DNA of 64,000 nucleotides. Source: Escherichia phage UoN_LG358_1. The notes beneath the pieces were generated by a model. That model ran no database searches. It saw nothing but the letters and a program-made list of their open reading frames with translations, and had not been told where the DNA came from. The DNA lies in sequence record OK570374; one strand, given 5' to 3'. This document shows positions 37,784 to 47,796 of the stretch, piece by piece; the first letter of the stretch is position 1, and every line of letters begins with the position of its first letter. Position numbers and translations under genes: made by a program.

Positions 37784-38262
37784 CTTATTTCTTCAATAAG
37801 CGCTTCAATTTGTTTAAGTTTATCTTCAATTGAAGCTTTGGAGGTTGATTCAATTATGTATTTCTCGTCAACTTCATATAGAACATCTTTGTCGTAGAAG
37901 TTGAATAAACAGCTTTGGTCAAAATCGTCCGCGTCAAAAATACGCTTATCATGACTAAGAATTCTCATGACTTCAGCATGTTCACCATACCCATTTAATT
38001 CTAGTACTTTGAATGCGCCGCCCTTGAGCTCGTCATAAAGTTTTTCATCACCTTTAGCCCGGCCCGCAGATAACCATTTGCTTACTTCCGCCGGGTTATA
38101 AGCGTACCATTGACCTGCTTTGAATTCAGTAATCATATTAATATTGTCCAAAGAAAATGAAAGCATAAAGAGCAGGGAACTCTTCACCAAAACGCTCAAT
38201 GTAACTGTACATGTACACTTGAAGTTCATGAATCCAAGGATAGTGAATCTGCATTTAACCAT
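37768..38262 (-). CDS. hypothetical protein (true start probably an internal ATG at 38166 or 38136)
   Basis: Track ORF overlaps the nrdG 3' end; internal Met codons give a shorter non-overlapping product. Confidence 0.4.
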   Translation of the reverse strand: MVKCRFTILGFMNFKCTCTVTLSVLVKSSLLFMLSFSLDNINMITEFKAGQWYAYNPAEVSKWLSAGRAKGDEKLYDELKGGAFKVLELNGYGEHAEVMRILSHDKRIFDADDFDQSCLFNFYDKDVLYEVDEKYIIESTSKASIEDKLKQIEALIEEIRCLQK

Positions 38263-38717
38263 TCCTCATTGTGTTGTTTCCATAGCCGCTGGTTATCTGA
38301 ACCACGCCATGGCTTATCAGTTGGGTTATCTTGTTCATATTTACCATCAATAATAACATCAATGTATTTTAGCAATTCAAGGTGCTTGATGTCTTCAAAC
38401 TTGTAACCAGTCCACATCCAGATATCTTTTTTGGGAAAACGCGCTTTAACCCATTTAACTAGAGCTTCAATATCTTCTCTGTTGCCTCGATAAAGAGGGT
38501 CTCCTCCAGTAAGAGTAAGTCCTTGGATGTATGGTTTTGAAAGATGCTCTGCGATTTCTTTTACTGTATTAGAGTTAAATGTCTCACCGTTGCAAGGGTT
38601 CCAAGTGCTTTTATTATAGCATCCTTGGCATTTATGAATACAACCCGTAACGAAAAGAACGACCCTGCAACCAGGGCCATTCACAAAATCGCATGGATAA
38701 ATTCTATCATATTTCAA
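38226..38717 (-). CDS. nrdG: anaerobic ribonucleotide reductase activating protein NrdG (radical SAM)
   Basis: 163 aa; Cys-rich N-terminus CDFVNGPGCRVVLFVTGCIHKCQGC typical of NrdG. Confidence 0.85.
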   Translation of the reverse strand: MKYDRIYPCDFVNGPGCRVVLFVTGCIHKCQGCYNKSTWNPCNGETFNSNTVKEIAEHLSKPYIQGLTLTGGDPLYRGNREDIEALVKWVKARFPKKDIWMWTGYKFEDIKHLELLKYIDVIIDGKYEQDNPTDKPWRGSDNQRLWKQHNEEWLNADSLSLDS

Positions 38718-40530
38718 TGTGTTTTGTCCTATGCATGATTTCTTTATTCTTACCTAGGTTAAATCCTCGATCAGAAGGATTACCGAGATATCCGCAAGTC
38801 CTTCTAATAGTATTCATCTTCTTAGGATTAGTCTCGCCACAAACAGTACATTCAAATCCGTTTTCAGTTGGTTTCATTTCATGAGTTGACCCGCAACTCA
38901 AACATTTATCAACTGGCATATTAACACCAAAATAATCCAGTTTTTCTACAGCATAATCCCAGACTGCTTCAAGAGCTTGAATATTTCTCTTCATATCAGG
39001 CAATTCAACATAAGATATGTGTCCACCCTTTGCAATGAAGTGGTATTTTGCTTCTCGGTCAATTTTTTCAAATGGAGAAATTTTTTCTTCAACTGAAACA
39101 TGGAAGCTATTAGTATACCATCCTTTGTCGGTTACGCCTTTGACTATTCCGTGTTCGGCTGCGTCAATTTTACAGAAACGATAACATAACGATTCTGCCG
39201 GGGTACTATAAAGGCTAAAAGCATATCCTGTTTCTTCGGTCCATTCGCGGAGATAATCATTCATGTGTTTAAGCACTAATTCACCGATGCCTTTGTAGGT
39301 CATTAGTTCAAGCTCGTGAATTCCGATATATCCAAGCGAAATAGAACTTCTACCATTTTTAAACAACTCAATGATTTCATCATCCGGTTTCATTCGAACG
39401 CCAAAAGCTCCTTCTTGATACAGAATCGGAGCCACAGAAGCTTTTACACCTTTTAACGATTCAATACGAAGCAGCAGCGCGTCTTTACAAATCTTCATTC
39501 GGCAGTCTAGTAGATGCATGAGCATGTTTAAATCTGTTTTGCCGTTGACCTGAGAATCCAAAGCTATACGAGGAAGATTTAATGTAACAACACCTAAATT
39601 ATTGCGTCCGTCAAGAATAAATTTACCATCGGAATTTTTCCATGCGCTCAAAAAGCTTCTGCACCCCATTGGAGATACAGGAATAGGAGAACCAGTAATC
39701 TTACGATTATTTTTGGCGCTAATAATATCGGGATACATTCGCTTAGAAGCGCATTCTAAAGCTAGTTGTTTGATATCATAATTTGGGTCTTCACTGTGGA
39801 GATTTAAACCTTCTTCAACGAACATAACCAATTTAGGAAAAATTGGAGTAATTCCATGACGACCTAATCCTCGAATACGATTTTTAAGAATAGCTTGTTG
39901 AATTAGTTTTTCTTCCCAAGATGTCCCCATACCAAATGTAATGGTAACGAAAGGCGTTTGGCCGTTAGAGCTGAAAAGTGTATTAACTTCATATTCATAT
40001 CCTTGAAAAGCATCGAATACATCTTTTTCTGTTTTCTCTTGAGCATATAATTCAGCGTCCGTAATATGATATCGGCGAGCGTCTTCGATATGTTTGTTGA
40101 AAGTTGCTTCTACATAAGGAGCTAGTACTTGGTCAACATTAGCAAATGTAGTTCCACCATATTGATGAGAAGCTACTTGAGCTGTAATTTGAGCCATTAC
40201 GGCAGTTGCTACACCGATTGAATTTGATGTTTCAATTTCAGCATTACCGAGTTTAAACCCATTTTGAAGCATTCCGGCTAAATCTACTAAGCAACAGTTA
40301 GTAAACGGAAGCGATGGTGAATAATCCATGTCATGAAAATGGATAATTCCTTTATCATGAGCATCTAGTATAGAGACTGGAATGACCTTACGGGCGACAT
40401 GTTTAGAAACAATGCCGGCCATAAGGTCACGTTGGGTGGGAAATACCCGCGAATCTTTATTCGCGTTTTCATTTAAAAGGTCTGTATTAGTTCTGTCAAA
40501 CAGACCTTTGATTTCGGTTTCAATTGTCAT
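38707..40530 (-). CDS. nrdD: anaerobic ribonucleoside-triphosphate reductase NrdD
   Basis: 607 aa continuous ORF (no intron); C-terminal glycyl-radical motif RRTCGYLG and CxxC zinc site. Confidence 0.9.
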   Translation of the reverse strand: MTIETEIKGLFDRTNTDLLNENANKDSRVFPTQRDLMAGIVSKHVARKVIPVSILDAHDKGIIHFHDMDYSPSLPFTNCCLVDLAGMLQNGFKLGNAEIETSNSIGVATAVMAQITAQVASHQYGGTTFANVDQVLAPYVEATFNKHIEDARRYHITDAELYAQEKTEKDVFDAFQGYEYEVNTLFSSNGQTPFVTITFGMGTSWEEKLIQQAILKNRIRGLGRHGITPIFPKLVMFVEEGLNLHSEDPNYDIKQLALECASKRMYPDIISAKNNRKITGSPIPVSPMGCRSFLSAWKNSDGKFILDGRNNLGVVTLNLPRIALDSQVNGKTDLNMLMHLLDCRMKICKDALLLRIESLKGVKASVAPILYQEGAFGVRMKPDDEIIELFKNGRSSISLGYIGIHELELMTYKGIGELVLKHMNDYLREWTEETGYAFSLYSTPAESLCYRFCKIDAAEHGIVKGVTDKGWYTNSFHVSVEEKISPFEKIDREAKYHFIAKGGHISYVELPDMKRNIQALEAVWDYAVEKLDYFGVNMPVDKCLSCGSTHEMKPTENGFECTVCGETNPKKMNTIRRTCGYLGNPSDRGFNLGKNKEIMHRTKHIEI

Positions 40531-41612
40531 TTTAAGCCTTTCTTTAAATAATAGACATAATCTTCAAGCCATTCTATTGTCAATAGAATTTCTTCGGGGC
40601 TTTTTAAATTAGCCTTTATTTCTTTAAAAGAATTTGTCATTATTTTAGAAGTATGTTCAATTTTAATAGTTTCTACTAAATTTAAAGTCGAAAGTCTCTC
40701 AATGTAAGACTTTTTATCTTCAATTTGTAATTTAATAATCTCGCCAGATTTAACAAATTTAGAACAGCTTCCACGATTAGAACCAAAGAATTCTTCGACT
40801 TCGGAATTTGACGCAAACTTTTTACCAGTTTCCACATGTTGAAACTTCCATCGCTGACGTCGAATTGAAGGATGTAGTGTCCATCGATCTTTTATAATAT
40901 CAAGTTTTCCATTTAATAAATTTGTAATATGAGACGATGAAATATCATTTTTTCTTGCAAATTCAGCTTGATTTATTACTTCGATTTCGCACGAATTTAG
41001 TTCATCCCAAATTTTAAATTTAGAAACAGAATGATACACTGATAATTTTTCTTCCTTTGAGCGACCAAATTGCCAGCCAGAATCTAAATACTTTTGAACA
41101 TCATCGGGTTTAACATATTTGGTTTTTTGACCAATTTTATACATCATCGGCCATGAAACATGCTCATTTCCTTTGTCAAAATTCATCCATCGAGCAATAT
41201 CTTCTTCTGTTAAATCATCGAAGCAGTTAGGGTTAAAATGCCCGCCAATTTGTTTGTTTAACCACATAGGGTCTCGTAATACGTCATTAGCAAGTTGCAT
41301 TTCCATTTCAGCCATTAAAGTTTTACCCCAAGTTGGATACCATCCAACAATTAGATATTCTTTAGGCTTTATACCATTTTCCAACATCGAATTCAATTCA
41401 TTTGATGAAGATGTATAAGTCTTCCAATCTGATTCTTCAAATCCTTTTTTAGGACCGCGTTTAAACGTTGAAGGGGCAGCTTTAATTCTTTTCCAAATCT
41501 TTTTAGCGCCTACATACTTTTTACCGTCTTCAAACGTGATTACATAAACAAATCCAATATTATTTTTAATATCTGTTTCTTCAAAAACAGACCAATGACC
41601 ATAATCTGACAT
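40527..41612 (-). CDS. GIY-YIG homing endonuclease (Seg-like), free-standing next to nrdD
   Basis: 361 aa; N-terminal GFVYVITFEDGKKYVGAKK matches the GIY-(10-11)-YIG motif; long C-terminal putative DNA-binding region. Confidence 0.6.
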   Translation of the reverse strand: MSDYGHWSVFEETDIKNNIGFVYVITFEDGKKYVGAKKIWKRIKAAPSTFKRGPKKGFEESDWKTYTSSSNELNSMLENGIKPKEYLIVGWYPTWGKTLMAEMEMQLANDVLRDPMWLNKQIGGHFNPNCFDDLTEEDIARWMNFDKGNEHVSWPMMYKIGQKTKYVKPDDVQKYLDSGWQFGRSKEEKLSVYHSVSKFKIWDELNSCEIEVINQAEFARKNDISSSHITNLLNGKLDIIKDRWTLHPSIRRQRWKFQHVETGKKFASNSEVEEFFGSNRGSCSKFVKSGEIIKLQIEDKKSYIERLSTLNLVETIKIEHTSKIMTNSFKEIKANLKSPEEILLTIEWLEDYVYYLKKGLK

Positions 41613-41677
41613 TATAAATACATCCTTTTTACTAATATTATGATGTATTTATACAATAAGCTAAACCATTAATTTAT

Positions 41678-41842
41678 CTCAATTATATAGCCAATATGTC
41701 CTTGCCCATTTCTTACGGTTTCGGATTTGAGTTTTAGTCGGCTTAGTAGAGAACCACCAGGAAATTTTATATCCATCGTCAAAATCAAAAATTAGATGCC
41801 ATTTAGACATCTGATTTGATACATACTTTAATTCAGTTTTCA
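41678..41842 (-). CDS. small hypothetical protein (54 aa)
   Basis: Hand-translated MKTELKYVSNQMSKWHLIFDFDDGYKISWWFSTKPTKTQIRNRKKWARTYWLYN. Confidence 0.2.
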
Positions 41843-41850
41843 TTTAAATA

Positions 41851-42270
41851 CTAGCTGGAAAAAGATAGCTGTTTTTCTAGAGCTCGAATATAATCCGCTG
41901 CTGCTTGCATTATATTAGCTTCATACCCATTAACACGGATTTTCGCGGCTTCAAGATGGTCTGTTATTGGTTGTCCGTCGTCAAAAAATCCTAAAGTAAC
42001 CGCTGGAAATAAATCAGAATCATATTCTTCGATTTCTTTAAGTTGATACATACCGTCTTCACAGTAAAAACACCAGAACCAACTATCGCGAGCGTTAATA
42101 TGAAGATAAGGGCCGTTTTTAATTTTGACAGAAGTGATACCGTCTTCATGGCCGTTTTCTTTGTCAACAGTAATAACTTTAAAAACAGTTCCGACTTTCA
42201 TTTCAGGAAATTGTTCCAGAAGTTCTTCATCGTCTTCAATAATTTCAAAAACTTTATTCACTAAACTCAT
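41851..42270 (-). CDS. hypothetical protein
   Basis: Track ORF (151 aa) with probable start at ATG 42270 directly after the upstream stop. Confidence 0.4.
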   Translation of the reverse strand: MSLVNKVFEIIEDDEELLEQFPEMKVGTVFKVITVDKENGHEDGITSVKIKNGPYLHINARDSWFWCFYCEDGMYQLKEIEEYDSDLFPAVTLGFFDDGQPITDHLEAAKIRVNGYEANIMQAAADYIRALEKQLSFSS

Positions 42271-42271
42271 A

Positions 42272-42631
42272 TTAAATTCCATCACTTTTAGTATTAGGAG
42301 TATCAAATAATGATATTACACAATCCGGATTTCCAGTTATATGACAGCTTGTAAACAGTGCCCAACGGCTTAAAGCCCATTTACCTAAAATAATTTTAGA
42401 CCTTTTGTTGGATTCTTCAACGCTGAGAGTCATATTAAGTCTTGGAAAATAAACAGAAGTGATACCAGTGATTTCTCCAGTGTCAGTAAAACTTGTGTAG
42501 CATTTGGAAATAACAAGTTCATCACCAGGGATAACACCCATATCTCTGAAATAGTCTATCACATCTCCAAGCTCATGCTTGACTTTAAAAACTTCCGGTT
42601 TTACTGTAAGTTTAAGTCCAGTTAAATTCAT
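42272..42631 (-). CDS. hypothetical protein
   Basis: 119-aa ORF in track. Confidence 0.4.
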   Translation of the reverse strand: MNLTGLKLTVKPEVFKVKHELGDVIDYFRDMGVIPGDELVISKCYTSFTDTGEITGITSVYFPRLNMTLSVEESNKRSKIILGKWALSRWALFTSCHITGNPDCVISLFDTPNTKSDGI

Positions 42632-42754
42632 TATTACCCTCGAAATCTAATATCTCATTCATCATGGGTTCATTATAACATGGTTCTTCATCCGTGTAAA
42701 CTGGTTCTTCCGGTTCTGGCTCGACGGTTTCCCATCTGGCGGCCCACCAAGGTT

Positions 42755-43063
42755 TTATAGTTCCACCCATTCTGTAATTGTCCTCGTTACAACACGTTCG
42801 TGTTTCTCAACAAGCGAAACATTTGGAGTAATATAGTACCAGTCAGAATGGTACGAGCCTGAACGAGTTTCATTTACGGCGATATAAACGTCATGTTTTG
42901 TAGAATAATAAACTGATTGACGATATTGATATTTGTGCTCTTGAACCCAGTCTTTGGTTTCCACTTCTTCAAGATATTCAGAATCGTCAAAATCATAATG
43001 CTCGTAATAACCATCATGGTCTTTCATGATTTCTTTAAGAATAGCAGTTTGTTCAGGAGTCAT
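42755..43063 (-). CDS. hypothetical protein
   Basis: 102-aa ORF in track. Confidence 0.4.
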   Translation of the reverse strand: MTPEQTAILKEIMKDHDGYYEHYDFDDSEYLEEVETKDWVQEHKYQYRQSVYYSTKHDVYIAVNETRSGSYHSDWYYITPNVSLVEKHERVVTRTITEWVEL

Positions 43064-43223
43064 TATTTACCTCGTAGACGGTTAAGCTGTTCGTCATCAG
43101 CCCAGCTCTCAAGTCCAGATGGCAAATCGCATTCAATTTGCCAAAGTAACTCTTCAACTTCATAAAGTCTAAATAGTTCTTCTTGTTTAATAACTGCTTC
43201 GTCATCGTTCAATTCGATTGTTT

Positions 43224-43415
43224 TCATTGCAATGTCCACATAAATTTGAAAAGATTTTCTTGGACTACAGCATCATCCCAGCCCCAAACATTAATGTCTT
43301 CTGCTAATTTGCTTGGAAGTACATCAAGAACTTGCTGAATACTAGGAGCTGATATACCAATTCTTTTAGCACATCGACTATAAGCAACTAAAAATTCGTC
43401 ATAGTTATTAATCAT
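43224..43415 (-). CDS. hypothetical protein
   Basis: 63-aa ORF in track. Confidence 0.35.
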   Translation of the reverse strand: MINNYDEFLVAYSRCAKRIGISAPSIQQVLDVLPSKLAEDINVWGWDDAVVQENLFKFMWTLQ

Positions 43416-43635
43416 AAAGTTTCACCATACAATCACCGTATTTCCACTTTGACATAACCTTTTCGCCGGTAGAGTAAGTTACTTCAACCTTAGCTCGGTG
43501 ATTTTTTATTTGAACAATTCGGCCAGTTTCAAGACTGCCGTAGCCGTAATAAAGCGCAATTATATCATTAACGAAAAGCTCCTTTCCGCGATAATCACGC
43601 ATATAATCTTGACCTTCAACCATGCATTCTATCAC
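43408..43635 (-). CDS. hypothetical protein
   Basis: 75-aa ORF in track. Confidence 0.35.
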   Translation of the reverse strand: MIECMVEGQDYMRDYRGKELFVNDIIALYYGYGSLETGRIVQIKNHRAKVEVTYSTGEKVMSKWKYGDCMVKLYD

Positions 43636-43895
43636 CGAAAATACTCGCGCAATTTATCAAAACCACCAATATAACTTCCATCTGGAGCAAATATTTGCGG
43701 TACGGTAAGACCGATTTGTGTATCTCTTCCAAGACGAGTCAAAAGTTCAGCAATAATTTCATCGTCAAATACACCTTTTTCTGGCATGATATTGATGAAT
43801 TCATATGGTTGTTTTTTAACATCCAGAAGACGTTTAGCGTTATCACAGAATACGCATTTATGAATGTTGCTGTCGTAACCGAATACTTTGAACAT
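43632..43895 (-). CDS. nrdC: thioredoxin/glutaredoxin NrdC
   Basis: 87 aa; MFKVFGYDSNIHKCVFCDNAKRLL...GGFDKLREYF near-identical to T4 NrdC (CxxC). Confidence 0.85.
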   Translation of the reverse strand: MFKVFGYDSNIHKCVFCDNAKRLLDVKKQPYEFINIMPEKGVFDDEIIAELLTRLGRDTQIGLTVPQIFAPDGSYIGGFDKLREYFR

Positions 43896-44401
43896 TATTT
43901 TACCTCTACGGGGAATACTTGGGCCAATTTTGCAGCAATAGCTTTATCAATAATTTCGCTAAAACTTTCGTTCAATCGAGAAACAATCATTTCTTCATAT
44001 TGTCGTTCATTAATCTTGATTGCATCAGCGATATAATTTTCCATTCGTTTAGCTGCTGCGTCTACCGAGCTCACAAGTGAGTCCAAAAGTTGTTCATGCG
44101 CTATACGTTCAGCTTCTTCTTTCATCACTCGTTTGAGTTCAACTGTACCCTTAACATTCCAGCCATTACGCTCAAAAAACTTCTCGAGCTCTTTGCGAAC
44201 CGCATCTTCTACGTTAGGAATGTTAGAACCTTGAAAAGCAATTTCAGATTTAACTGCTTCCGTAATTTTATTTTTGGAGTCTTTAACAACAAGTTCTTTA
44301 ACAATATTGTTAATCACAGATTGTTGTAAAGCAACTCGCATTGCAGAGCCTTCAGGGAACAACTGACGAACTGCGTGAGTATCTAATTTTAAATCAATCA
44401 T
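43895..44401 (-). CDS. hypothetical protein
   Basis: 168-aa ORF in track. Confidence 0.45.
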   Translation of the reverse strand: MIDLKLDTHAVRQLFPEGSAMRVALQQSVINNIVKELVVKDSKNKITEAVKSEIAFQGSNIPNVEDAVRKELEKFFERNGWNVKGTVELKRVMKEEAERIAHEQLLDSLVSSVDAAAKRMENYIADAIKINERQYEEMIVSRLNESFSEIIDKAIAAKLAQVFPVEVK

Positions 44402-44721
44402 TCTGTAATAACCTCATAATATGCGTCGATTGCTGCTACATGAATTTGGTCGGATATATTTTTATACGGATTTTTAGTAAATTTTTGATTTGCTTTATGT
44501 TTAAAATAAATTACATCAAAAGCTGTAGCCGCGTTAATACAGTTATGAATAAAATTAATATCAGTTTTTTCGCCGGCGTCAATAGTGTGTTGTACAATAA
44601 TTTCAGCGTGTAATTTACGAAGTTCTTTAAAAAGAGACTTCATTTCTTCTGATTCGCACATTGCGTCAGATGAACTAAAGGGATTCATAACTAACCTCAA
44701 TGTCAAATTTACCAATTTCAC
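44398..44721 (-). CDS. hypothetical protein
   Basis: 107-aa ORF in track. Confidence 0.4.
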   Translation of the reverse strand: MKLVNLTLRLVMNPFSSSDAMCESEEMKSLFKELRKLHAEIIVQHTIDAGEKTDINFIHNCINAATAFDVIYFKHKANQKFTKNPYKNISDQIHVAAIDAYYEVITE

Positions 44722-44902
44722 GAAAAATTAAATTCAACAAATCCTCTTCAGTAAAATTGGACGATGAGCAGCAACTAGCGAATAGATGAAGTTCATTATA
44801 TTGTACACCGTCAATAACTACATCGTATCCCTCGGCTGAATTCCAGCAACCCAGATCGCAATCTCCACTATCAGCATACAGCTTAGTTACTTCAATTTTC
44901 AT
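44675..44902 (-). CDS. hypothetical protein
   Basis: 75-aa ORF in track. Confidence 0.35.
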   Translation of the reverse strand: MKIEVTKLYADSGDCDLGCWNSAEGYDVVIDGVQYNELHLFASCCSSSNFTEEDLLNLIFREIGKFDIEVSYESL

Positions 44903-45087
44903 TTAGCACCTTTGTGTTTGCATTGACCACATGGCTCGTAATCATCAGAGCTTGTCTGAGTTGGTTTAGATGAAATGATAAGCTCACCATCGCCAATAGT
45001 TTCAATTAAATCTTTAATAATATTATCATCAATTGGTTGAACAGAAACAAGTTGCTTAGCTAATTCGTTTGGATTAATTAGTTTCAT
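44899..45087 (-). CDS. hypothetical protein
   Basis: 62-aa ORF in track. Confidence 0.35.
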   Translation of the reverse strand: MKLINPNELAKQLVSVQPIDDNIIKDLIETIGDGELIISSKPTQTSSDDYEPCGQCKHKGAK

Positions 45088-45307
45088 TTAACACCTTTGT
45101 AAATTTATGTTTGCATTTACGACATTTCATTTTAAGAACTTCAGTATGCCAATCCACTAATTGGACTTGATTGGTTTCACATTTTGGACAAGGAGTAACT
45201 TGTTTCATGGACCGTTCACGACGGTCCGCCATTTCTAATACAGTAGTCCAATCAATTTCAAAATCTTCTTCGTCTTGAACTAAATCTTCTTTTAATTGGT
45301 TCCGCAT
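45074..45307 (-). CDS. hypothetical Cys-rich protein
   Basis: 77-aa ORF with CPKC...CRKC zinc-ribbon-like pairs. Confidence 0.35.
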   Translation of the reverse strand: MRNQLKEDLVQDEEDFEIDWTTVLEMADRRERSMKQVTPCPKCETNQVQLVDWHTEVLKMKCRKCKHKFTKVLNETN

Positions 45308-46281
45308 AATACTGCATTAGCCTCTTTCAGTTTCTGTGATTGTTCTTTAAGACGTTTAAGTTTTAAATTAGACTTCTTAATTTTATCACTTAAATCTTTT
45401 TGCACTGATACTTCTTTTTCAATTTCCACTTTAATTAGGTCAATAAAGTGCTGAATCTGATTAGAGACATGTGTTTCTACCAATACATCAGTTGTCTCAA
45501 ACTGCATTGTCGGAGAAAATTTATTATAAACCACCGGATTATTAGCGTCAATGCGCCGTGAATAAGTTCCGCTAATAGTATCTTTCATGTCTTCAGTCTC
45601 TTTCAATTTGATATTAATTTTAATTCTTGTTTTACGTTTTGCATCACCGTAGCTAATATCGGCATTAACATTTTCAACAACGTTCATATGCTTTAAACCG
45701 GCGGCAAGTTGTTCAGCTATAATTCTAGAAACAGTATCAGACTGCCCAATCATCATTTTAATTGAAAATTGAATATCATAATCTCTTAGAGGAGACATAG
45801 TTACTTCAGTTTGAACATATCTCAACCGGTTGATAAAACACTGAGAATATTCATGAATTAACGTTTTACGGCCAAGTGTAATAATTTGTTTGTATTCACT
45901 CTTTAAAGCATTAATAAATTTGTATTTAAAAATTTCAGACTTTTCACAAATAATTTTTCGTTCACTCGTTGAATTTCTTTCTTCGGTGAACATGTTTGAT
46001 GCGCTTAATTCCATGAATGAGCGCAAGCGCATCACTGATGTGATATACGAAGTTATTTTACAACGAGTCACTTCTTGAAAAAATTCATCATATGTTTTAG
46101 TAGAATACAGATTGTAATTAAATTTGTTGAACAGAAAATTCAATATTTTAGCGTCAAAACCTTTTGAAACTAAAACGTCAATATACTGTTGTATCTTAGT
46201 TTTATTTTCATAGCCAAAATCAAACGTTGGTTTCATGTATTCTTTCAAATCTGCTGCTGTTTTAATTTCTTCAAATTTCAT
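45292..46281 (-). CDS. hypothetical protein (nrdC.x region)
   Basis: Start placed at ATG 46281 (SD GGAG); track ORF has an unlikely hydrophobic extension. Confidence 0.45.
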   Translation of the reverse strand: MKFEEIKTAADLKEYMKPTFDFGYENKTKIQQYIDVLVSKGFDAKILNFLFNKFNYNLYSTKTYDEFFQEVTRCKITSYITSVMRLRSFMELSASNMFTEERNSTSERKIICEKSEIFKYKFINALKSEYKQIITLGRKTLIHEYSQCFINRLRYVQTEVTMSPLRDYDIQFSIKMMIGQSDTVSRIIAEQLAAGLKHMNVVENVNADISYGDAKRKTRIKINIKLKETEDMKDTISGTYSRRIDANNPVVYNKFSPTMQFETTDVLVETHVSNQIQHFIDLIKVEIEKEVSVQKDLSDKIKKSNLKLKRLKEQSQKLKEANAVLCGTN

Positions 46282-46321
46282 TTCAATTATCTCCAGAACC
46301 CGTAAACCCATTATAACACTA

Positions 46322-47104
46322 TTAATTGGTAAGCATTTTAACAGCAGATGGGCGTTTATAAAAAGCGTGAGTATTGTCATCAACTGCTTTAGTAAAAGTA
46401 GCTTTGAACTCAATTTCGCCGCGATAATTTACATCAACTGCTCCAGGTAATGAACCATAAACAGTAGCTCCATTTTCAAGACGCACCATCATTTTAGCAG
46501 ATACTCCCCAATAGTCTTGGTAAATTTTTGTTGAAACTACTCTGCCTTTTACTACTTGTTTTCCTTCAGGTGCTTCGCCTTTAGTTGCTTTAAGTTTATC
46601 GTAGTAAGCATTGAACCATTCTTCGGAGTATTTCTGAATTGCTTCAAGAATACTTTTATGGGCTCTAATTTCTGCCATCAAAACTGCAGTATTATCTTCA
46701 AGTTCCCAATGCTTATATGGTTCGCGGACTTCAATAGGGCATCCGTAAAGCTTGAGCTCATTAAGCATATCAGATGTTAAACGAAGTTTCCACCAGCCAA
46801 AATCTCCAGTGAATTCCGGCTTATCTAAAACATCGAGCTCAGTAACATACGGAAGGTAACTCCCTCCATGATAAGCTTCAACTTCGCCAAGTTCATTTTC
46901 CCAAAGATAACCGTCAAACGGAGCATGTGGACGGTCGTCAATTCCCCATGTTGGTGCAACCACCCTTTCAAATCCTTCGCGACTGTAGAGAGTCTTCGCC
47001 CATCCTGCATTCAATTCCTGAGCGTATTTTTCAACTTTCGCTCGGCGAGCAGCACGTGCTTTGCGATTTTCATCTAAGATTGAATTGATGATATCAGTTA
47101 ACAT
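46322..47104 (-). CDS. hypothetical protein
   Basis: 260-aa ORF in track. Confidence 0.45.
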   Translation of the reverse strand: MLTDIINSILDENRKARAARRAKVEKYAQELNAGWAKTLYSREGFERVVAPTWGIDDRPHAPFDGYLWENELGEVEAYHGGSYLPYVTELDVLDKPEFTGDFGWWKLRLTSDMLNELKLYGCPIEVREPYKHWELEDNTAVLMAEIRAHKSILEAIQKYSEEWFNAYYDKLKATKGEAPEGKQVVKGRVVSTKIYQDYWGVSAKMMVRLENGATVYGSLPGAVDVNYRGEIEFKATFTKAVDDNTHAFYKRPSAVKMLTN

Positions 47105-47157
47105 TTTAGTCTCCGTTAGTAGATTACGAGACTATCATATACTAAACTTAATTCGTT

Positions 47158-47205
47158 GTAAACGGTTGAAGTAAAAATTTTTGAATTCGCCAGAACGGTT
47201 GAGAG
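47158..47205 (-). repeat. third (diverged) copy of the 48-bp element found in the 122-bp tandem repeat near 62.3 kb
   Basis: GTAAACGGTTGAAGTAAAAATTTTTGAATTCGCCAGAACGGTTGAGAG differs at one position from 62242..62289. Confidence 0.6.
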
Positions 47206-47245
47206 GAACTTTCTTAGGAAGGATGATTAATCATATTACGAGGAT

Positions 47246-47272
47246 ATAAAAATGCCCCAGCGAAGCCGGGGC
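47246..47272 (-). terminator. putative intrinsic terminator
   Basis: Minus-strand RNA CCCCGGC-UUCG-CUGGGG followed by AUUUUUAU. Confidence 0.5.
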
Positions 47273-47277
47273 GTACA

Positions 47278-47607
47278 CTAGTGGTAAGATGGCGCAACAT
47301 TGTCACCTTGGAACCAGGCCGAATTGGAAGATACTTTATTAGCATATTCCCATTTTTCTGTTAAGTCATTTAGCCCGGCTTGCATTTTCGCGTATGACGC
47401 TTGCTGATATCGGTCCATTGTTATTAAAGATTTTGCCATTGCGGACAAAAGTTTTCGCCTACCTTCATTGCCATAATTATGAATAAGCGTTCTATTATAT
47501 TCCGGCACTAAAAATGAAAGCGAATGTCTGATGTCAGACAAATGCTCAGCCTTTAATTTTAATCTTTTAACGGCAATAGTTTTTCTTAACTTTTCAATCA
47601 TTGTCAA
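47278..47607 (-). CDS. hypothetical protein
   Basis: 109-aa ORF in track. Confidence 0.4.
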   Translation of the reverse strand: MTMIEKLRKTIAVKRLKLKAEHLSDIRHSLSFLVPEYNRTLIHNYGNEGRRKLLSAMAKSLITMDRYQQASYAKMQAGLNDLTEKWEYANKVSSNSAWFQGDNVAPSYH

Positions 47608-47796
47608 TTATCCTCGGTTTGCTAATGCGCATTCAATATCATTAGCATTAATATAATCCTCAGCAAAAACGATATCACCGATTTTTAGTTGAATTACAAA
47701 TAGAGAGTCTAAAAACTCAGGTGGTTTAATCTCGATAGACATTTCTTCTTTAATAATTTCTATTACCGCGCGGTGTAATTCATCTTTAGTCATCAT
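47608..47796 (-). CDS. hypothetical protein
   Basis: 62-aa ORF in track. Confidence 0.35.
   Translation of the reverse strand: MMTKDELHRAVIEIIKEEMSIEIKPPEFLDSLFVIQLKIGDIVFAEDYINANDIECALANRG

Noticed and set aside
38707-40530. Looked for a group I intron in nrdD, as in T4
   Set aside because: The ORF is continuous over 607 codons with the glycyl-radical motif intact; no interruption is visible.
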